From NCBI GenBank assembly GCA_964591015.1, contig CAZPXM010000002.1, forward strand, positions 4,342-68,341: DNA of 64,000 nt, in the 5' to 3' direction. The notes below the pieces were generated by a model. It searched no databases. It had not been told where the DNA came from and worked only from the letters and a program-made list of their open reading frames with translations. Of the stretch, positions 18,586 through 28,765 are shown piece after piece (the stretch's first letter is position 1; every line of letters starts with the position of its first letter). The stretch comes from an uncultured Gemmatimonadaceae bacterium (GTDB lineage Bacteria > Latescibacterota > UBA2968 > UBA8231). The translations under genes were made by a program, and so were the position numbers.

Positions 18586-20031
18586 TTGACTGCGCAGGCA
18601 CAGGACAGGAAGATCGTCATCGAGCCCGTGACGCGCGTCGAAGGTCACGGCAAGGTGACGCTGGTGCTCGATGCGCAGGGCAAGGTCGAGCAGGCGCGGC
18701 TGCACATCGTCGAATTCCGCGGTTTCGAGCGTTTCATCCAGGGGCGGCCCTATTGGGAGCTGCCCGTCCTGGTGCAGCGTTTGTGCGGCATCTGCCCGGT
18801 CAGCCACCATCTGGCGGCGGCCAAGGCGGTGGACCGGCTGGTGGGAGGTGAATGCCTCACCCCGACCGCCCGCAAGATGCGTCTGCTCATGCACCACGGG
18901 CAGTTCTTCCAGTCGCACGCGCTGCACTTCTTCCATCTCTCGTCCCCCGACCTGCTGTTCGGCTTCGATGCAGACGTGGCGGTGCGCAACGTGATCGGCG
19001 TGGCGGCGAAGTACCCCGAGCTGGCGGTGCAGGGCGTGATGATGCGCCGTTTCGGCCAGGAGGTGATCAAGGCCACCGCGGGCAAGAAGATCCACGGGAC
19101 CGGCGCGATCCCGGGAGGCATCAACAAGAACCTGTCGGTGGCGGAGCGCGACGCCTTGCTGCGCGAGATGGAGCAGATGATGGTCTGGAGCCGCCAGGCG
19201 GTCCAGGTGGCCAAGGAGTACACCCTGCAGAACCTGGAGCGGCTGGCACCCTTCGGCTCCTTCGCGTCGAACCATCTGTCCATCGTCCGCAGCGACGGGG
19301 CGTACGAGATCTACGACGGCGGCCTGCGCGCCACCGACGCTTGCGGCGGCAGGATATTCGACCACGTGGACAATCAGCGGTACGTCGAGTTCATCGCCGA
19401 AGAGGTGCGCTCGTGGTCCTACATGAAGTTCCCGTTCATCAAGTCGCTGGGGCCCGAGCTGGGCTGGTATCGGGTCGGGCCGCTGGCGCGCGTCAACAAC
19501 GCCGAGTTCTTCGACACGCCGCTGGCGGAGCAGGAGCGGCAGGAGTTCGCGCGGCACGCCGGCAGACCCGCGAACATCACCATGGCCTACCACTGGGCGC
19601 GGATGATCGAGCTGCTGCACTCGTGCGAGAAGCTGCAGGAGCTGCTCCACGACCCGGATCTGCAGGGCGAGGACCTGGTGGTGAGCGGCGACCGCCGGGA
19701 GGAGGCGGTCGGTATCATCGAGGCGCCGCGCGGCACACTCTTTCATCACTATCGCATCGATGCGCACGACCAGGTGGTCATGGCGAACCTGATCGTCTCG
19801 ACCACCAGCAACAACGAACCGATGAACCGGGCAGTGCAGCAGGTCGCGGCGGAGCACCTCTCCGGGAAACCCGAGCTCACCGAGGACCTGCTCAACCACG
19901 TCGAAGTCGCGATCCGTGCCTACGACCCGTGCCTGTCGTGCGCGACGCACGCGCTGGGCCGGATGCCGCTGGTCGTGGAGCTGTACGCAGCCGACGGCAC
20001 GCTGCTGCAGCGCCGGGCGCGCGGCTGGTGA
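18586..20031 (+). CDS. hoxH: [NiFe] hydrogenase large (catalytic) subunit
   Basis: It has RVEGHG, the N-terminal Ni/Fe ligands RLCGICPVSHH, and the C-terminal DPCLSCATHA followed by a cleavable extension. The start is a TTG at 18586, preceded by AGGAGG. Confidence 0.9.
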   Translation: MTAQAQDRKIVIEPVTRVEGHGKVTLVLDAQGKVEQARLHIVEFRGFERFIQGRPYWELPVLVQRLCGICPVSHHLAAAKAVDRLVGGECLTPTARKMRLLMHHGQFFQSHALHFFHLSSPDLLFGFDADVAVRNVIGVAAKYPELAVQGVMMRRFGQEVIKATAGKKIHGTGAIPGGINKNLSVAERDALLREMEQMMVWSRQAVQVAKEYTLQNLERLAPFGSFASNHLSIVRSDGAYEIYDGGLRATDACGGRIFDHVDNQRYVEFIAEEVRSWSYMKFPFIKSLGPELGWYRVGPLARVNNAEFFDTPLAEQERQEFARHAGRPANITMAYHWARMIELLHSCEKLQELLHDPDLQGEDLVVSGDRREEAVGIIEAPRGTLFHHYRIDAHDQVVMANLIVSTTSNNEPMNRAVQQVAAEHLSGKPELTEDLLNHVEVAIRAYDPCLSCATHALGRMPLVVELYAADGTLLQRRARGW

Positions 20032-20552
20032 CCAGCGACCCGGTGCTGTTGCTGTGCTGGGGCAACCCGGCGCGCCAGGACGATGGTCTCGGGATCGCCT
20101 TTGCCGAGGCCTGCAGGCAGGCAGACCTGCCGGGGGTGGTGCTGGAAGTCGACTACCAGCCGAACGTCGAACAGGCGGCCGAACTGGCGCGCTGCCGGTA
20201 CGCGGTGTGCGTCGATGCGGCGGTCTCGGGGCGGGAGCCGTTCGGCTTCTGGCCGCTGAGGCCCCGGGGCGCAGCGATGACGTTCAGCACGCATCGGGTG
20301 GAGCCCGAATTCCTGCTGGCGATGGCGGCCAGCTGTTTCGGCCGCGCGCCGGAGGCCTACAGCCTGGGCATCCGCGGCTATCGCTTCGGTCGCTTCGAGG
20401 AGGGGCTGTCGGCGCGGGCGCGCGACAATCTGGCGGCCGCACTCGCCTTCCTGTTGCCGGTCATCGAGACCCGGAGCTTCGCTCAGGCGGCTGCAGAGCT
20501 GCAGGCGGCCGCCCCGGATGGAGGGGAGAGATGGAAGACGGGAAGCACGTGA
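20028..20552 (+). CDS. hoxW: Hydrogenase maturation endopeptidase (HoxW/HycI family)
   Basis: The GTG start overlaps the hoxH stop (GTGA). The N-terminus LLLCWGNPARQDDGLGIAFAEA resembles the HycI/HoxW GNxLxxDDGxG motif. Size is about 174 aa. Confidence 0.7.
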   Translation: MTSDPVLLLCWGNPARQDDGLGIAFAEACRQADLPGVVLEVDYQPNVEQAAELARCRYAVCVDAAVSGREPFGFWPLRPRGAAMTFSTHRVEPEFLLAMAASCFGRAPEAYSLGIRGYRFGRFEEGLSARARDNLAAALAFLLPVIETRSFAQAAAELQAAAPDGGERWKTGST

Positions 20553-20908
20553 TTCTGTGCGTCGACGATGACCCGGACATCGTGGAGTACCTCAAGGTCG
20601 TGCTGGAGGCCAGCGGCTACGCGGTGAAGACGGCCGCCAGCGCCGAGGAGGCCATGCGCCGGTACCGGGAGGTGAACCCCGACGCGCTCATCGTCGACCT
20701 GATGATGGAAGAGATCGACGCAGGCACCGGCCTGGTAACCGAGCTCAAGGCCGCGGGCAACCGGGCCCCGGTGTTCATGCTCAGTTCGGTGGGCGACAAT
20801 CTCAGCCGCACCATCGACACGGCCGGGCTGGGGCTGGCGGGGGTCCTGCAGAAACCGCTCGACAGCGACGTGCTGCTGTCACTGCTGCGGGCAAGGCTCC
20901 AGCGCTGA
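20531..20908 (+). CDS. Stand-alone response-regulator receiver domain (paralogue of the 7820-8212 receiver)
   Basis: A 125-aa REC (ILCVDDD...VDLMMEEID...KP) that shares the DLMMEE motif with the other stand-alone receiver. Confidence 0.8.
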   Translation: MEDGKHVILCVDDDPDIVEYLKVVLEASGYAVKTAASAEEAMRRYREVNPDALIVDLMMEEIDAGTGLVTELKAAGNRAPVFMLSSVGDNLSRTIDTAGLGLAGVLQKPLDSDVLLSLLRARLQR

Positions 20909-22815
20909 TGCCCGGCAACCACGGCGGGATTGCCGGTGGGCCCGGCACCGGCACGGCGGCGGCAATCGAGGAGCCGACCTCCTGCGCCTGGCCAGGACTG
21001 ATTCCCCTGGAGCGCGAGCTGCGGGCCCGGCTGGCATGGTTCGTGCGGCTGCGCTGGGCCGCGGCCGCGGGTATCGCCCTCTGGGCGTGGGGGACGGCCC
21101 GGGCGGCCGCGGGTCAGCTCGCCGCGGGACCGATGTACGCGATCGCCGCGGCGGTGGCCGTGTACAACGTCGCCTTTCTCTTCGCGACGCGCCGGGTCGC
21201 CGGCCTCGGCCCCGGCAGCCGTGCCTATCGCCGCGTCATCTACGCGCAGATGGGCCTGGACTGGGTCGCCCTGGCCGGCCTCGTGCACTACGCCGGCGGC
21301 ATCCAGAGCCCGGTTCCGCTCGCCTTCACCTTCCACGTGATCATCGGCGCGATCCTCCTCTCGCGCGCTGCCTGCTACGTGCAGGCGGGAGCGGCGGCGG
21401 TGATGCTCGGCTTGCTGGTGGGCGTCGAACGTCTGGGATGGTGGCCGCCGGTGCAGGCCGACGTGCTGGCGGGTTCGGGGCCCACCTCGGCTGCCGCCTG
21501 CCTGTTCCGCTGGGCCGTGCTGGCCGGTTTCTTCGCCGTCGTCGCCTATCTCACCACTTCGATCACGGTGCCGGTGCGCCGGAACGAGGAGGCGCTGTTC
21601 GCGTCCGAGCGCGCCCTGGAGCGCTCCTACCGGGAGATGGAGGCGCTGTACGAGGTGGGGCGGGCGGTGAATGCGACGCTGGAACTCGACCAGGTGCTGG
21701 GCAAGATCGCGGAGAAAGGAGCCCAGCTCCTGGGCGTGAAGGCCTGTTCGATCCGGCTGCTCGAAGAGGATGGGCAGCACCTCCGGATCGGTGCCGCGTA
21801 CGGGCTCAGCGAACGCTACCTGGCCAAGGGACGCGTCGCCGTGGACCGCAGCGGGATCGATGCCGAGGCACTGCGCGGCAGCACGGTCCAGATCCGCGAC
21901 GCCGCGCGCGATCCACGCTTTCAGTATGCCCGCGAGGCGCAGGAGGAAGGGTTGCGGGCCGTGCTGTGCGTGCCGCTGCAGGCCAAGGGACGAGCCATGG
22001 GCTGCATGCGCGTGTATGCGGCCGAGGAGCGCGACTTCACGCGCAGCGAGGCCAACTTGCTGCGCAACCTGGCCAACCTGGGTGCGGCCGCGATCGAGAA
22101 CGCGCGCGCCTACGAGGAGCTGCGGGCCCTGAGCGAGGAACGGGCCTGGTTCGCGCGGGTGACCCATCATCAGTTGCGGGCGCCCCTGGCGGCGGTCCAG
22201 AGCATGCTGGAGGGGCTGCGCTATGCCGGACCGCTGACGCCCAAGCAGGCGGAGTTCGTCGAGCGCTGCCGGCGGCGCGTCGACGAGCTGCTCTGGATGG
22301 TCCGCGATCTTCTGGAGCTGGCCGCGGCGCAGCGGCCGCTGGCGGGGCGCAGCGCGGTGCCCGTCCGCCTGGCCGAGTGCCTGGCCGGCGCGCTGGCCAC
22401 GGCCATGGCGCGGGCGGACAGCAAGCAGATCGCCCTCGACGTCGCGCTGCCCGAAGGGGCGGCGGCGATGGCCGAGGCGCGCGACGTCGAGCTGATCTTC
22501 AGCAACCTGCTGGACAACGCCATCAAGTACACGCCGGCGGGGGGAAGAGTGCGGTTCGCGGTCCACCGCGAGGAGCACGAACTGGTGGCCTCGGTGGAGG
22601 ATACGGGCATCGGCATCGCCAGCGCCGACCGGGAGCGGGTCTTCCGGGGCTTCTTCAGGACGGCGGCTGCCAGGGCTACCGGGGAGGCCGGAACCGGCAT
22701 GGGGCTGTCCATCGTGGCGCGCCTGGTGGAGCGCTGGGGAGGGCACATCGAGCTGGACAGCGAGCCTGGCAGAGGCAGCCGCTTCACGGTACGACTGCCC
22801 GCTGCTGGCCCGTGA
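20908..22815 (+). CDS. Membrane sensor histidine kinase with polytopic N-terminal domain, GAF domain, HisKA and HATPase_c
   Basis: About six hydrophobic segments at the N-terminus are followed by a GAF-like region and an H-box (THHQLRAPL). The N/G-boxes are NLLDNAIKYT, DTGIGI and GTGMGLSIV. The ATG overlaps the upstream receiver stop. Confidence 0.75.
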   Translation: MPGNHGGIAGGPGTGTAAAIEEPTSCAWPGLIPLERELRARLAWFVRLRWAAAAGIALWAWGTARAAAGQLAAGPMYAIAAAVAVYNVAFLFATRRVAGLGPGSRAYRRVIYAQMGLDWVALAGLVHYAGGIQSPVPLAFTFHVIIGAILLSRAACYVQAGAAAVMLGLLVGVERLGWWPPVQADVLAGSGPTSAAACLFRWAVLAGFFAVVAYLTTSITVPVRRNEEALFASERALERSYREMEALYEVGRAVNATLELDQVLGKIAEKGAQLLGVKACSIRLLEEDGQHLRIGAAYGLSERYLAKGRVAVDRSGIDAEALRGSTVQIRDAARDPRFQYAREAQEEGLRAVLCVPLQAKGRAMGCMRVYAAEERDFTRSEANLLRNLANLGAAAIENARAYEELRALSEERAWFARVTHHQLRAPLAAVQSMLEGLRYAGPLTPKQAEFVERCRRRVDELLWMVRDLLELAAAQRPLAGRSAVPVRLAECLAGALATAMARADSKQIALDVALPEGAAAMAEARDVELIFSNLLDNAIKYTPAGGRVRFAVHREEHELVASVEDTGIGIASADRERVFRGFFRTAAARATGEAGTGMGLSIVARLVERWGGHIELDSEPGRGSRFTVRLPAAGP

Positions 22816-22834
22816 CGCGGGAGCGCCGTTCCCG

Positions 22835-25147
22835 ATGACGGGTCAGGGCCCGGAGTGCCGGCGGTTGCGGGCCGAGATCAGCGGCGCGGTGCAGGGCGTC
22901 GGCTTTCGGCCCTTCGTCTACCGTCTGGCGCGAGAGCTGCAGCTGGCCGGCTGGGTGCGCAACTCGATGCAGGGCGTCACCGTGGAGGTGGAGGGCCCGG
23001 CAGACCGGCTGGAGACGTTCCTGGAGCGGCTAAGCCGCGAACGCCCGCCGCGGGCCGCCATCTACGGCATGGAGACGGTGGTTCTGGATCCATGCGGGCT
23101 GGCGGGTTTCCAGATCCAGGCCAGTCGGGACGACGCCAGGCCCGCTGCCGTCGTGCTGCCCGACATCGCCACCTGCGCCGAGTGCTGCCGGGAGCTCTTC
23201 TCGCCCGCGGACCGGCGCTACCGGTACCCCTTCACCAACTGCACGAACTGCGGGCCGCGGTTCACGATCATCCGGCGCCTGCCGTACGACCGGCCCAACA
23301 CCACCATGGCCGGTTTCGGCATGTGCGCCGACTGCCTGGCCGAGTACCACGATCCTGCGAACCGGCGCTTCCACGCCCAGCCGAACGCCTGCCCGGCATG
23401 CGGGCCGCAGGTGCAGTTGTGGGATGACGCGGGGCGCGTGCTGGCGGTAGGCGAGGCAGCGTTGGCCGGGGCCGAGGCGGCGCTGCGCGACGGGCGCGTC
23501 GTGGCCGTCAAGGGCCTCGGCGGGTTCCATCTGATGGTGGATGCGCGCCAGGGCGCGGCCGTGGCGCGGCTGCGCGCCGCCAAGAACCGGGAGACCAAGC
23601 CCTTCGCCCTGATGTACCCGGATCTGGAGGCGGTGCGGCGGCACTGCCGCGTGTCGCGGCTGGAGGAGCGGCTGCTGACCGCGCCGGAGGCTCCCATCGT
23701 CCTGCTCGAGCGCCACGGCTGCAGCGGCGAGCTGGCCCCCGAAGTGGCGCCCGACAGCCCCCTGCTGGGCGTGCTGCTCCCGTACACGCCCCTCCATCAT
23801 CTGCTGCTGGCCGACCTCGCGATGCCGGTGGTGGCCACCAGCGGCAACCGCGCCGACGAGCCCATCTGCACGGCAGCCGAGGAGGCGCTGATCCGCCTGC
23901 GCGGCATCGCCACGCTGTTCCTGGTTCACGACCGGCCGATCGCGCGTCACGTGGACGACTCGGTCGTGCGGGTGGTGGCGGGCCGGGAGCTGGTGCTGCG
24001 GCGGGCCCGCGGGTATGCGCCGCTGCCGGTCGGTCGGGCCGCGCCCGGTCCGGACGTGGTCGCCGTGGGGGCCCAGCTGAAGAACGCCGTCTGCGTGGTA
24101 GCCGGGGGCCGCAACGTCATGGGCCAGCACATCGGCGATCTGGACACGCCCGCCGCGCTGGCCGCCCTGCGGCGCAGCATCGAGGACCTGTGCGGGCTGT
24201 ACGCGGTCAAGGCGGAGATCGTCGCCGCCGACCTGCACCCGGACTATGCCTCGACCGTCCTGGCGCGAACCCTGGCCGCGGCCGGCGCGCCGCTGGTGTC
24301 GGTGCAGCATCATCATGCGCACGTGGCCGCCTGCATGGCGGAGAACGAGCTGGATGGCGAGGTGCTGGGGGTGGCCTGGGACGGCATGGGTCTGGGTCTG
24401 GACGGGACGATCTGGGGCGGCGAGTTCCTGGCCGCCACCCGCCGGGAATGCACGCGCGTGGCGCATCTGCGCCCGTTTCGCCTGCCGGGGAGCGAGCAGG
24501 CGATCCGCGAGCCGCGGCGGACAGCCCTCGGACTGCTCTACGAGTTGTGGGGTGAGGCGGCTCTGGACCGTCTGGATCTGGCCCCTCTGCGCGCGTTCAG
24601 CCCCGCCGAGCGGCGCGTCCTGGGACAGATGCTGCGGCGCCGCGTCAACTCCCCGGTCACCACCAGCGCCGGACGTCTGTTCGACGCGGTGGCGTCCCTG
24701 TGCGACCTCTGCCAGCGGCTGGGGCACGAGGGGCAGGCGGCCATGGCGCTGGAGCACCGGCTGGACGGCGACGAGGCCGGCGCCTATCCTACCGCGCTGA
24801 GCGCCGGCGAGGGAGGAGCACTGGTGCTCGACTGGGAGCCCATGGTGCGCGAGCTGGTGCGAGACGTGACGGCCGGAGTGCCGGCCGGCAGGGTTTCGGC
24901 GCGCTTCCACAATGGCCTGGCGGCGGGCATCGTGTCCGTGTGCGTGCGGGCGGGCCGCGAGCGGGTGGTGCTGACCGGCGGCTGCCTGCAGAATCGGCAT
25001 CTGGTCGAACGAAGTGTCGCCCTGCTGCGCGCCGCCGGTCTGCGTCCCTACTGGCACCAGCGAGTGCCGCCCAACGACGGCGGTATCGCCCTGGGCCAGG
25101 CAGCCATCGCTCGCAGCCGAGCGGCGGCGGCTGCCGGCGCCGTGTGA
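22835..25147 (+). CDS. hypF: [NiFe] hydrogenase maturation carbamoyltransferase HypF
   Basis: It has an acylphosphatase-like N-terminus, two Zn fingers (CAECCRE...CTNCGPRF, CADCLAEY...CPACGP), a YrdC-like domain and a Kae1-like domain. Size is 770 aa. Confidence 0.9.
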   Translation: MTGQGPECRRLRAEISGAVQGVGFRPFVYRLARELQLAGWVRNSMQGVTVEVEGPADRLETFLERLSRERPPRAAIYGMETVVLDPCGLAGFQIQASRDDARPAAVVLPDIATCAECCRELFSPADRRYRYPFTNCTNCGPRFTIIRRLPYDRPNTTMAGFGMCADCLAEYHDPANRRFHAQPNACPACGPQVQLWDDAGRVLAVGEAALAGAEAALRDGRVVAVKGLGGFHLMVDARQGAAVARLRAAKNRETKPFALMYPDLEAVRRHCRVSRLEERLLTAPEAPIVLLERHGCSGELAPEVAPDSPLLGVLLPYTPLHHLLLADLAMPVVATSGNRADEPICTAAEEALIRLRGIATLFLVHDRPIARHVDDSVVRVVAGRELVLRRARGYAPLPVGRAAPGPDVVAVGAQLKNAVCVVAGGRNVMGQHIGDLDTPAALAALRRSIEDLCGLYAVKAEIVAADLHPDYASTVLARTLAAAGAPLVSVQHHHAHVAACMAENELDGEVLGVAWDGMGLGLDGTIWGGEFLAATRRECTRVAHLRPFRLPGSEQAIREPRRTALGLLYELWGEAALDRLDLAPLRAFSPAERRVLGQMLRRRVNSPVTTSAGRLFDAVASLCDLCQRLGHEGQAAMALEHRLDGDEAGAYPTALSAGEGGALVLDWEPMVRELVRDVTAGVPAGRVSARFHNGLAAGIVSVCVRAGRERVVLTGGCLQNRHLVERSVALLRAAGLRPYWHQRVPPNDGGIALGQAAIARSRAAAAAGAV

Positions 25148-25165
25148 CCCGCGAGGAGACTGCGC

Positions 25166-25456
25166 ATGTGCCTGGCGGTGCCTGGGAGACTGGTGGAGAT
25201 CCGCGCGAGCGACGACCCCATGGGCCGGTCCGGCAAGGTGAGTTTCGGCGGCGTGCTCAAGGAGGTCAGCCTGGCCTATCTGCCGGAGGCGCGCGTCGGC
25301 GACTACGTGACCGTGCACGTGGGCCTCGCGCTCAGCATCGTCGACCCCGAGGATGCTGCCCTGGTGTTCGCGCTTCTCCGGGAAGCCGGCGAGGCGTCGC
25401 CGCCTGCTGAAGCTGGCGCGGCTGGCGCGGACAGCGACGAAGGCGCGCGAGGGTGA
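25166..25456 (+). CDS. hypC: Hydrogenase maturation factor HypC (HupF/HypC family)
   Basis: The N-terminal [12 protein letters not shown] is the conserved MC(L/I)(A/G)(I/V)P start. Size is 96 aa. Confidence 0.8.
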   Translation: MCLAVPGRLVEIRASDDPMGRSGKVSFGGVLKEVSLAYLPEARVGDYVTVHVGLALSIVDPEDAALVFALLREAGEASPPAEAGAAGADSDEGARG

Positions 25457-26559
25457 AGTACGTCGACGAGTACCGCGACGCCGCCAGGGTCCGCCAGATG
25501 GCGGCGCTGCTCGGGCGGGTGGCGCGGCGGCCGTGGGTGCTGATGGAAGTCTGCGGCGGGCAGACCCACGCGATCGTGCGGTACGGCCTGGACGAGCTGC
25601 TGCCCGCCACGCTGGAGCTGGTGCACGGACCCGGCTGCCCGGTGTGCGTCACCTCGGTGGACTTGCTGGACCAGGCGCTGGCGATCGCGGCCCGCCCCGA
25701 GGTCACGCTGTGCACGTTCGGCGACATGATGCGCGTGCCGGGCAGCGGTGCGGACCTGTACGCGGTCAGAGCCGCCGGCGGCGACGTGCGCACCGTGTAT
25801 TCGCCCCTCGAGGCCCTCGAGCTGGCGCGCAGCCAACGCGACCGCGAGGTGGTCTTCTTCGCCGTCGGCTTCGAGACGACGGCGCCGGCGACCGCGCTGG
25901 CCGTCTGCCAGGCGGCGCGCGAGGGACTGGCCAACTTCTCCGTCCTGGCGGCGCACGTGCGGGTGCCGCCGGCGCTGGAGGCCATCCTGGCCGCTGCCGA
26001 CTGCCGGGTCCAGGGCTTGCTCGCCGCGGGGCACGTCTGCATGGTGATGGGCTATGCGGAGTACGAGCCCCTGGCGGCCCGCTACGGAGTTCCCATCGTG
26101 GTCACCGGATTCGAGCCGCTGGACATCGTCGAGGGCGTGTACCTGCTCGTCCGGCAGCTCGAGTCGGGGAGCGTGGGGGTGCAGAACCAGTACCGCCGCA
26201 CGGTGCGCCGCGAGGGCAACGCGCCGGCCCGCCGTCTGCTCGACACGGTGTTCACGCCGGTCGCCCGCGACTGGCGCGGCATCGGCTCGATCCCGGCCAG
26301 CGGCCTGGCTCTGCGGCCCGAATACGCGGCCTTCGACGCTGCGGCGCGGTTCCCGGCACTGCCTCCGGCGGCGCGCGCGGCGCCGGCCTGCCTGAGCGGC
26401 CGGATCCTGCAGGGGCGGCTCAAGCCGCCGCAGTGCCCGGCCTTCGGGAGCCGCTGCACGCCAGAGCATCCGCTCGGCGCGACCATGGTCTCGTCCGAGG
26501 GCGCCTGCGCCGCCTACTACCGCTACCGGCGGGCTGCAGCCCAGGAGGCCGGCCCATGA
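25453..26559 (+). CDS. hypD: Hydrogenase maturation factor HypD
   Basis: It has the [15 protein letters not shown] and FEPLDIV motifs. The GTG start overlaps the hypC stop. Confidence 0.85.
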   Translation: MKYVDEYRDAARVRQMAALLGRVARRPWVLMEVCGGQTHAIVRYGLDELLPATLELVHGPGCPVCVTSVDLLDQALAIAARPEVTLCTFGDMMRVPGSGADLYAVRAAGGDVRTVYSPLEALELARSQRDREVVFFAVGFETTAPATALAVCQAAREGLANFSVLAAHVRVPPALEAILAAADCRVQGLLAAGHVCMVMGYAEYEPLAARYGVPIVVTGFEPLDIVEGVYLLVRQLESGSVGVQNQYRRTVRREGNAPARRLLDTVFTPVARDWRGIGSIPASGLALRPEYAAFDAAARFPALPPAARAAPACLSGRILQGRLKPPQCPAFGSRCTPEHPLGATMVSSEGACAAYYRYRRAAAQEAGP

Positions 26560-27611
26560 GCACGCCGTCCTCGGCAGGCCCCGCCTGCCCGCTGCCGCTG
26601 GGCGAGTACCCGTGGGTGGTGCTGGCCCACGGCGGCGGCGGCCGGCTGATGGCCCAGCTCATCGAACGGGTGTTCCTGCCGGCGTTCGCCAACGCTCAGC
26701 TGGACCGGCGGCACGACGGGGCCGTGGTGCGGCTGGCATCCACGCGGGTGGCGTTCACCACGGACTCCTACGTCGTCCAGCCGCTGTTCTTTCCCGGCGG
26801 CGACATCGGTTCGCTGGCGGTGTACGGCACGGTGAACGACCTGGCGATGTGCGGCGCGCGACCGCAGTACCTCAGTTGCGGGATGATCCTGGAGGAGGGT
26901 CTGGAGCTGCAGGTCGTCGAGCGGATCGCCGCCTCCATGCAGCGGGCGGCCCGGCGCGCGGGCGTGCAGCTGGTCACCGGCGATACCAAGGTGGTGGAGC
27001 GCGGCAAGGGCGACGGGCTCTTCGTCAACACGGCCGGCATCGGCGTGGTGGAGAGCCAGATCGACATCGGTCCGGATCAGGTGCGCCCCGGCGATGTCGT
27101 GCTGCTCAGCGGCGATATCGGCCGGCACGGGGTGGCCATCCTCGCGGCACGGGAGTCGCTCGAGTTCGAAGCGACCGTGTGCAGCGACTGCGCGCCGCTG
27201 GCCGAGCCGGTCATGGCCCTGCTGGCGGCCGGCGTCGAGGTGCACTGCTTGCGCGACCTGACCCGGGGTGGGCTGGCCAGCGCGGCCGTCGAGATCGCGG
27301 CGCGCGCCGGCGTGGGCATCGAGCTGTGCGAGCGCGAGATCCCCGTGCTCGAGGCGGTGCGGGCCTCCTGCGAGATCCTCGGTCTGGACCCCCTCTACGT
27401 GGCCAACGAGGGCCGCTTCGTGGCCATCGTTCCCCAGGTCCAGGCGGAGCAAGCGCTGCAGGTCCTGCGCGCGCACGCGGAGACCGCGCAGGCGGTGGCG
27501 ATCGGCCGGACGACGGCGGCCGCCGCCGGTCAGGTGGCGATGGAGAGCGCGGTGGGCGGTCACCGGCTGGTCGATCGACTCAGCGGCGAGCAGCTTCCCC
27601 GCATCTGTTGA
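26556..27611 (+). CDS. hypE: Hydrogenase maturation factor HypE (carbamoyl dehydratase)
   Basis: An AIR-synthase-like fold ([29 protein letters not shown]) ending in PRIC, which is the PR(I/V)C C-terminus typical of HypE. Confidence 0.85.
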   Translation: MSTPSSAGPACPLPLGEYPWVVLAHGGGGRLMAQLIERVFLPAFANAQLDRRHDGAVVRLASTRVAFTTDSYVVQPLFFPGGDIGSLAVYGTVNDLAMCGARPQYLSCGMILEEGLELQVVERIAASMQRAARRAGVQLVTGDTKVVERGKGDGLFVNTAGIGVVESQIDIGPDQVRPGDVVLLSGDIGRHGVAILAARESLEFEATVCSDCAPLAEPVMALLAAGVEVHCLRDLTRGGLASAAVEIAARAGVGIELCEREIPVLEAVRASCEILGLDPLYVANEGRFVAIVPQVQAEQALQVLRAHAETAQAVAIGRTTAAAAGQVAMESAVGGHRLVDRLSGEQLPRIC

Positions 27612-27659
27612 GCCGGCGGCGCCGGTGGCTGCCTGCCGGCCTCGAGGAAGGACAGGCGG

Positions 27660-28739
27660 ATGGCGGATACTCGGGTGGGTGCGGCAGAGCTGCAGACGTT
27701 CGCCACCCAGGTCTTCGTGGCCCTGGGCCTGCCCCCTGCGGACGCGGCCCTGGAGGCGGAGGTGCTTGTCTGGGCGAATCTGCGCGGGATCGACTCCCAT
27801 GGCGTGCAGCGGATCGCGGAGTATGCGCGCCAGATCGAGGCCGGGCACATGAACCCCCGGCCGGCCATCCGCGTGCTCCGCGAGACGCCCTCGCTGGCGC
27901 TGGTCGACGGCGACTGGGCCCTGGGACCCGTGGTCACGGTCTTCGCGGTGGACTGCGCGGTGGAGAAGGCCAGGCGCACCGGCGTCGGCTGGGCGGTGAT
28001 CCGCAACACCATGCACCAGGGCGCCATGGGCTACTACACCGAACGCATCGCCGCCGCCGGCATGGCGGGGATCGCGCTGGCCAGCAATCGCCCGAACATG
28101 GCGCCCACGGGCGCCCGCGTCCCCGGAGTGCACAACAGCCCGATCTCGATCGCCGTGCCGCGTCGCGGTGGCCCGCCGCTCGACCTGGACATGGCGACCA
28201 GCGTCGCTGCCTTCGGGAAGATCCAGGTGGCGGTGGACGCGGATACGGCCATCCCGCCGGACTGGGGCATGGACGAGACGGGCACCGTCACCACCGATCC
28301 CAGGCGCGTGCGCACGCTGCTGCCGGCCGGGCACTACAAGGGCTACGGCCTGGCGCTCCTCTTCGAGTGCCTGACGAGCCTGCTGGCCGGCAATCCCCTG
28401 CTGCTGCCCCGGGCCGGCGGCGACGAGGTGCGGCCCGGGGCGCAGAACTCGACCGTGGCGGCCATCGACATCGCGGCGGTGACGGCTGCCGACGCGTACG
28501 CCGCGCAGGTCGACGAGCTGGTCGAGACCATGCACAGGCTGCCGCTGGCCGCGGGTGCGCGCGAGGTGCTGGTTCCCGGCGAGCGCGAGGAACGGGTGCG
28601 CGGGGAGCGTCTTCGCGACGGCATTCCGCTGCCGGCGGGTACCGTGGCGAAGCTGCGCGCCGCCGCCGAGCGCTTCCAGGTGGCACTGCCGGCCGCTTGC
28701 CGCGCCACGGCGTGCTCGCGGCCTGGCTCTGCCCCGTAG
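27660..28739 (+). CDS. Ldh_2 family malate/L-lactate/sulfolactate-type dehydrogenase
   Basis: The RGIDSHGVQRIAEY signature and an overall Ldh_2-like sequence. Size is 359 aa. Confidence 0.7.
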   Translation: MADTRVGAAELQTFATQVFVALGLPPADAALEAEVLVWANLRGIDSHGVQRIAEYARQIEAGHMNPRPAIRVLRETPSLALVDGDWALGPVVTVFAVDCAVEKARRTGVGWAVIRNTMHQGAMGYYTERIAAAGMAGIALASNRPNMAPTGARVPGVHNSPISIAVPRRGGPPLDLDMATSVAAFGKIQVAVDADTAIPPDWGMDETGTVTTDPRRVRTLLPAGHYKGYGLALLFECLTSLLAGNPLLLPRAGGDEVRPGAQNSTVAAIDIAAVTAADAYAAQVDELVETMHRLPLAAGAREVLVPGEREERVRGERLRDGIPLPAGTVAKLRAAAERFQVALPAACRATACSRPGSAP

Positions 28740-28765
28740 GCGCCCTCTCCGGCTCCTCCCCGCTT

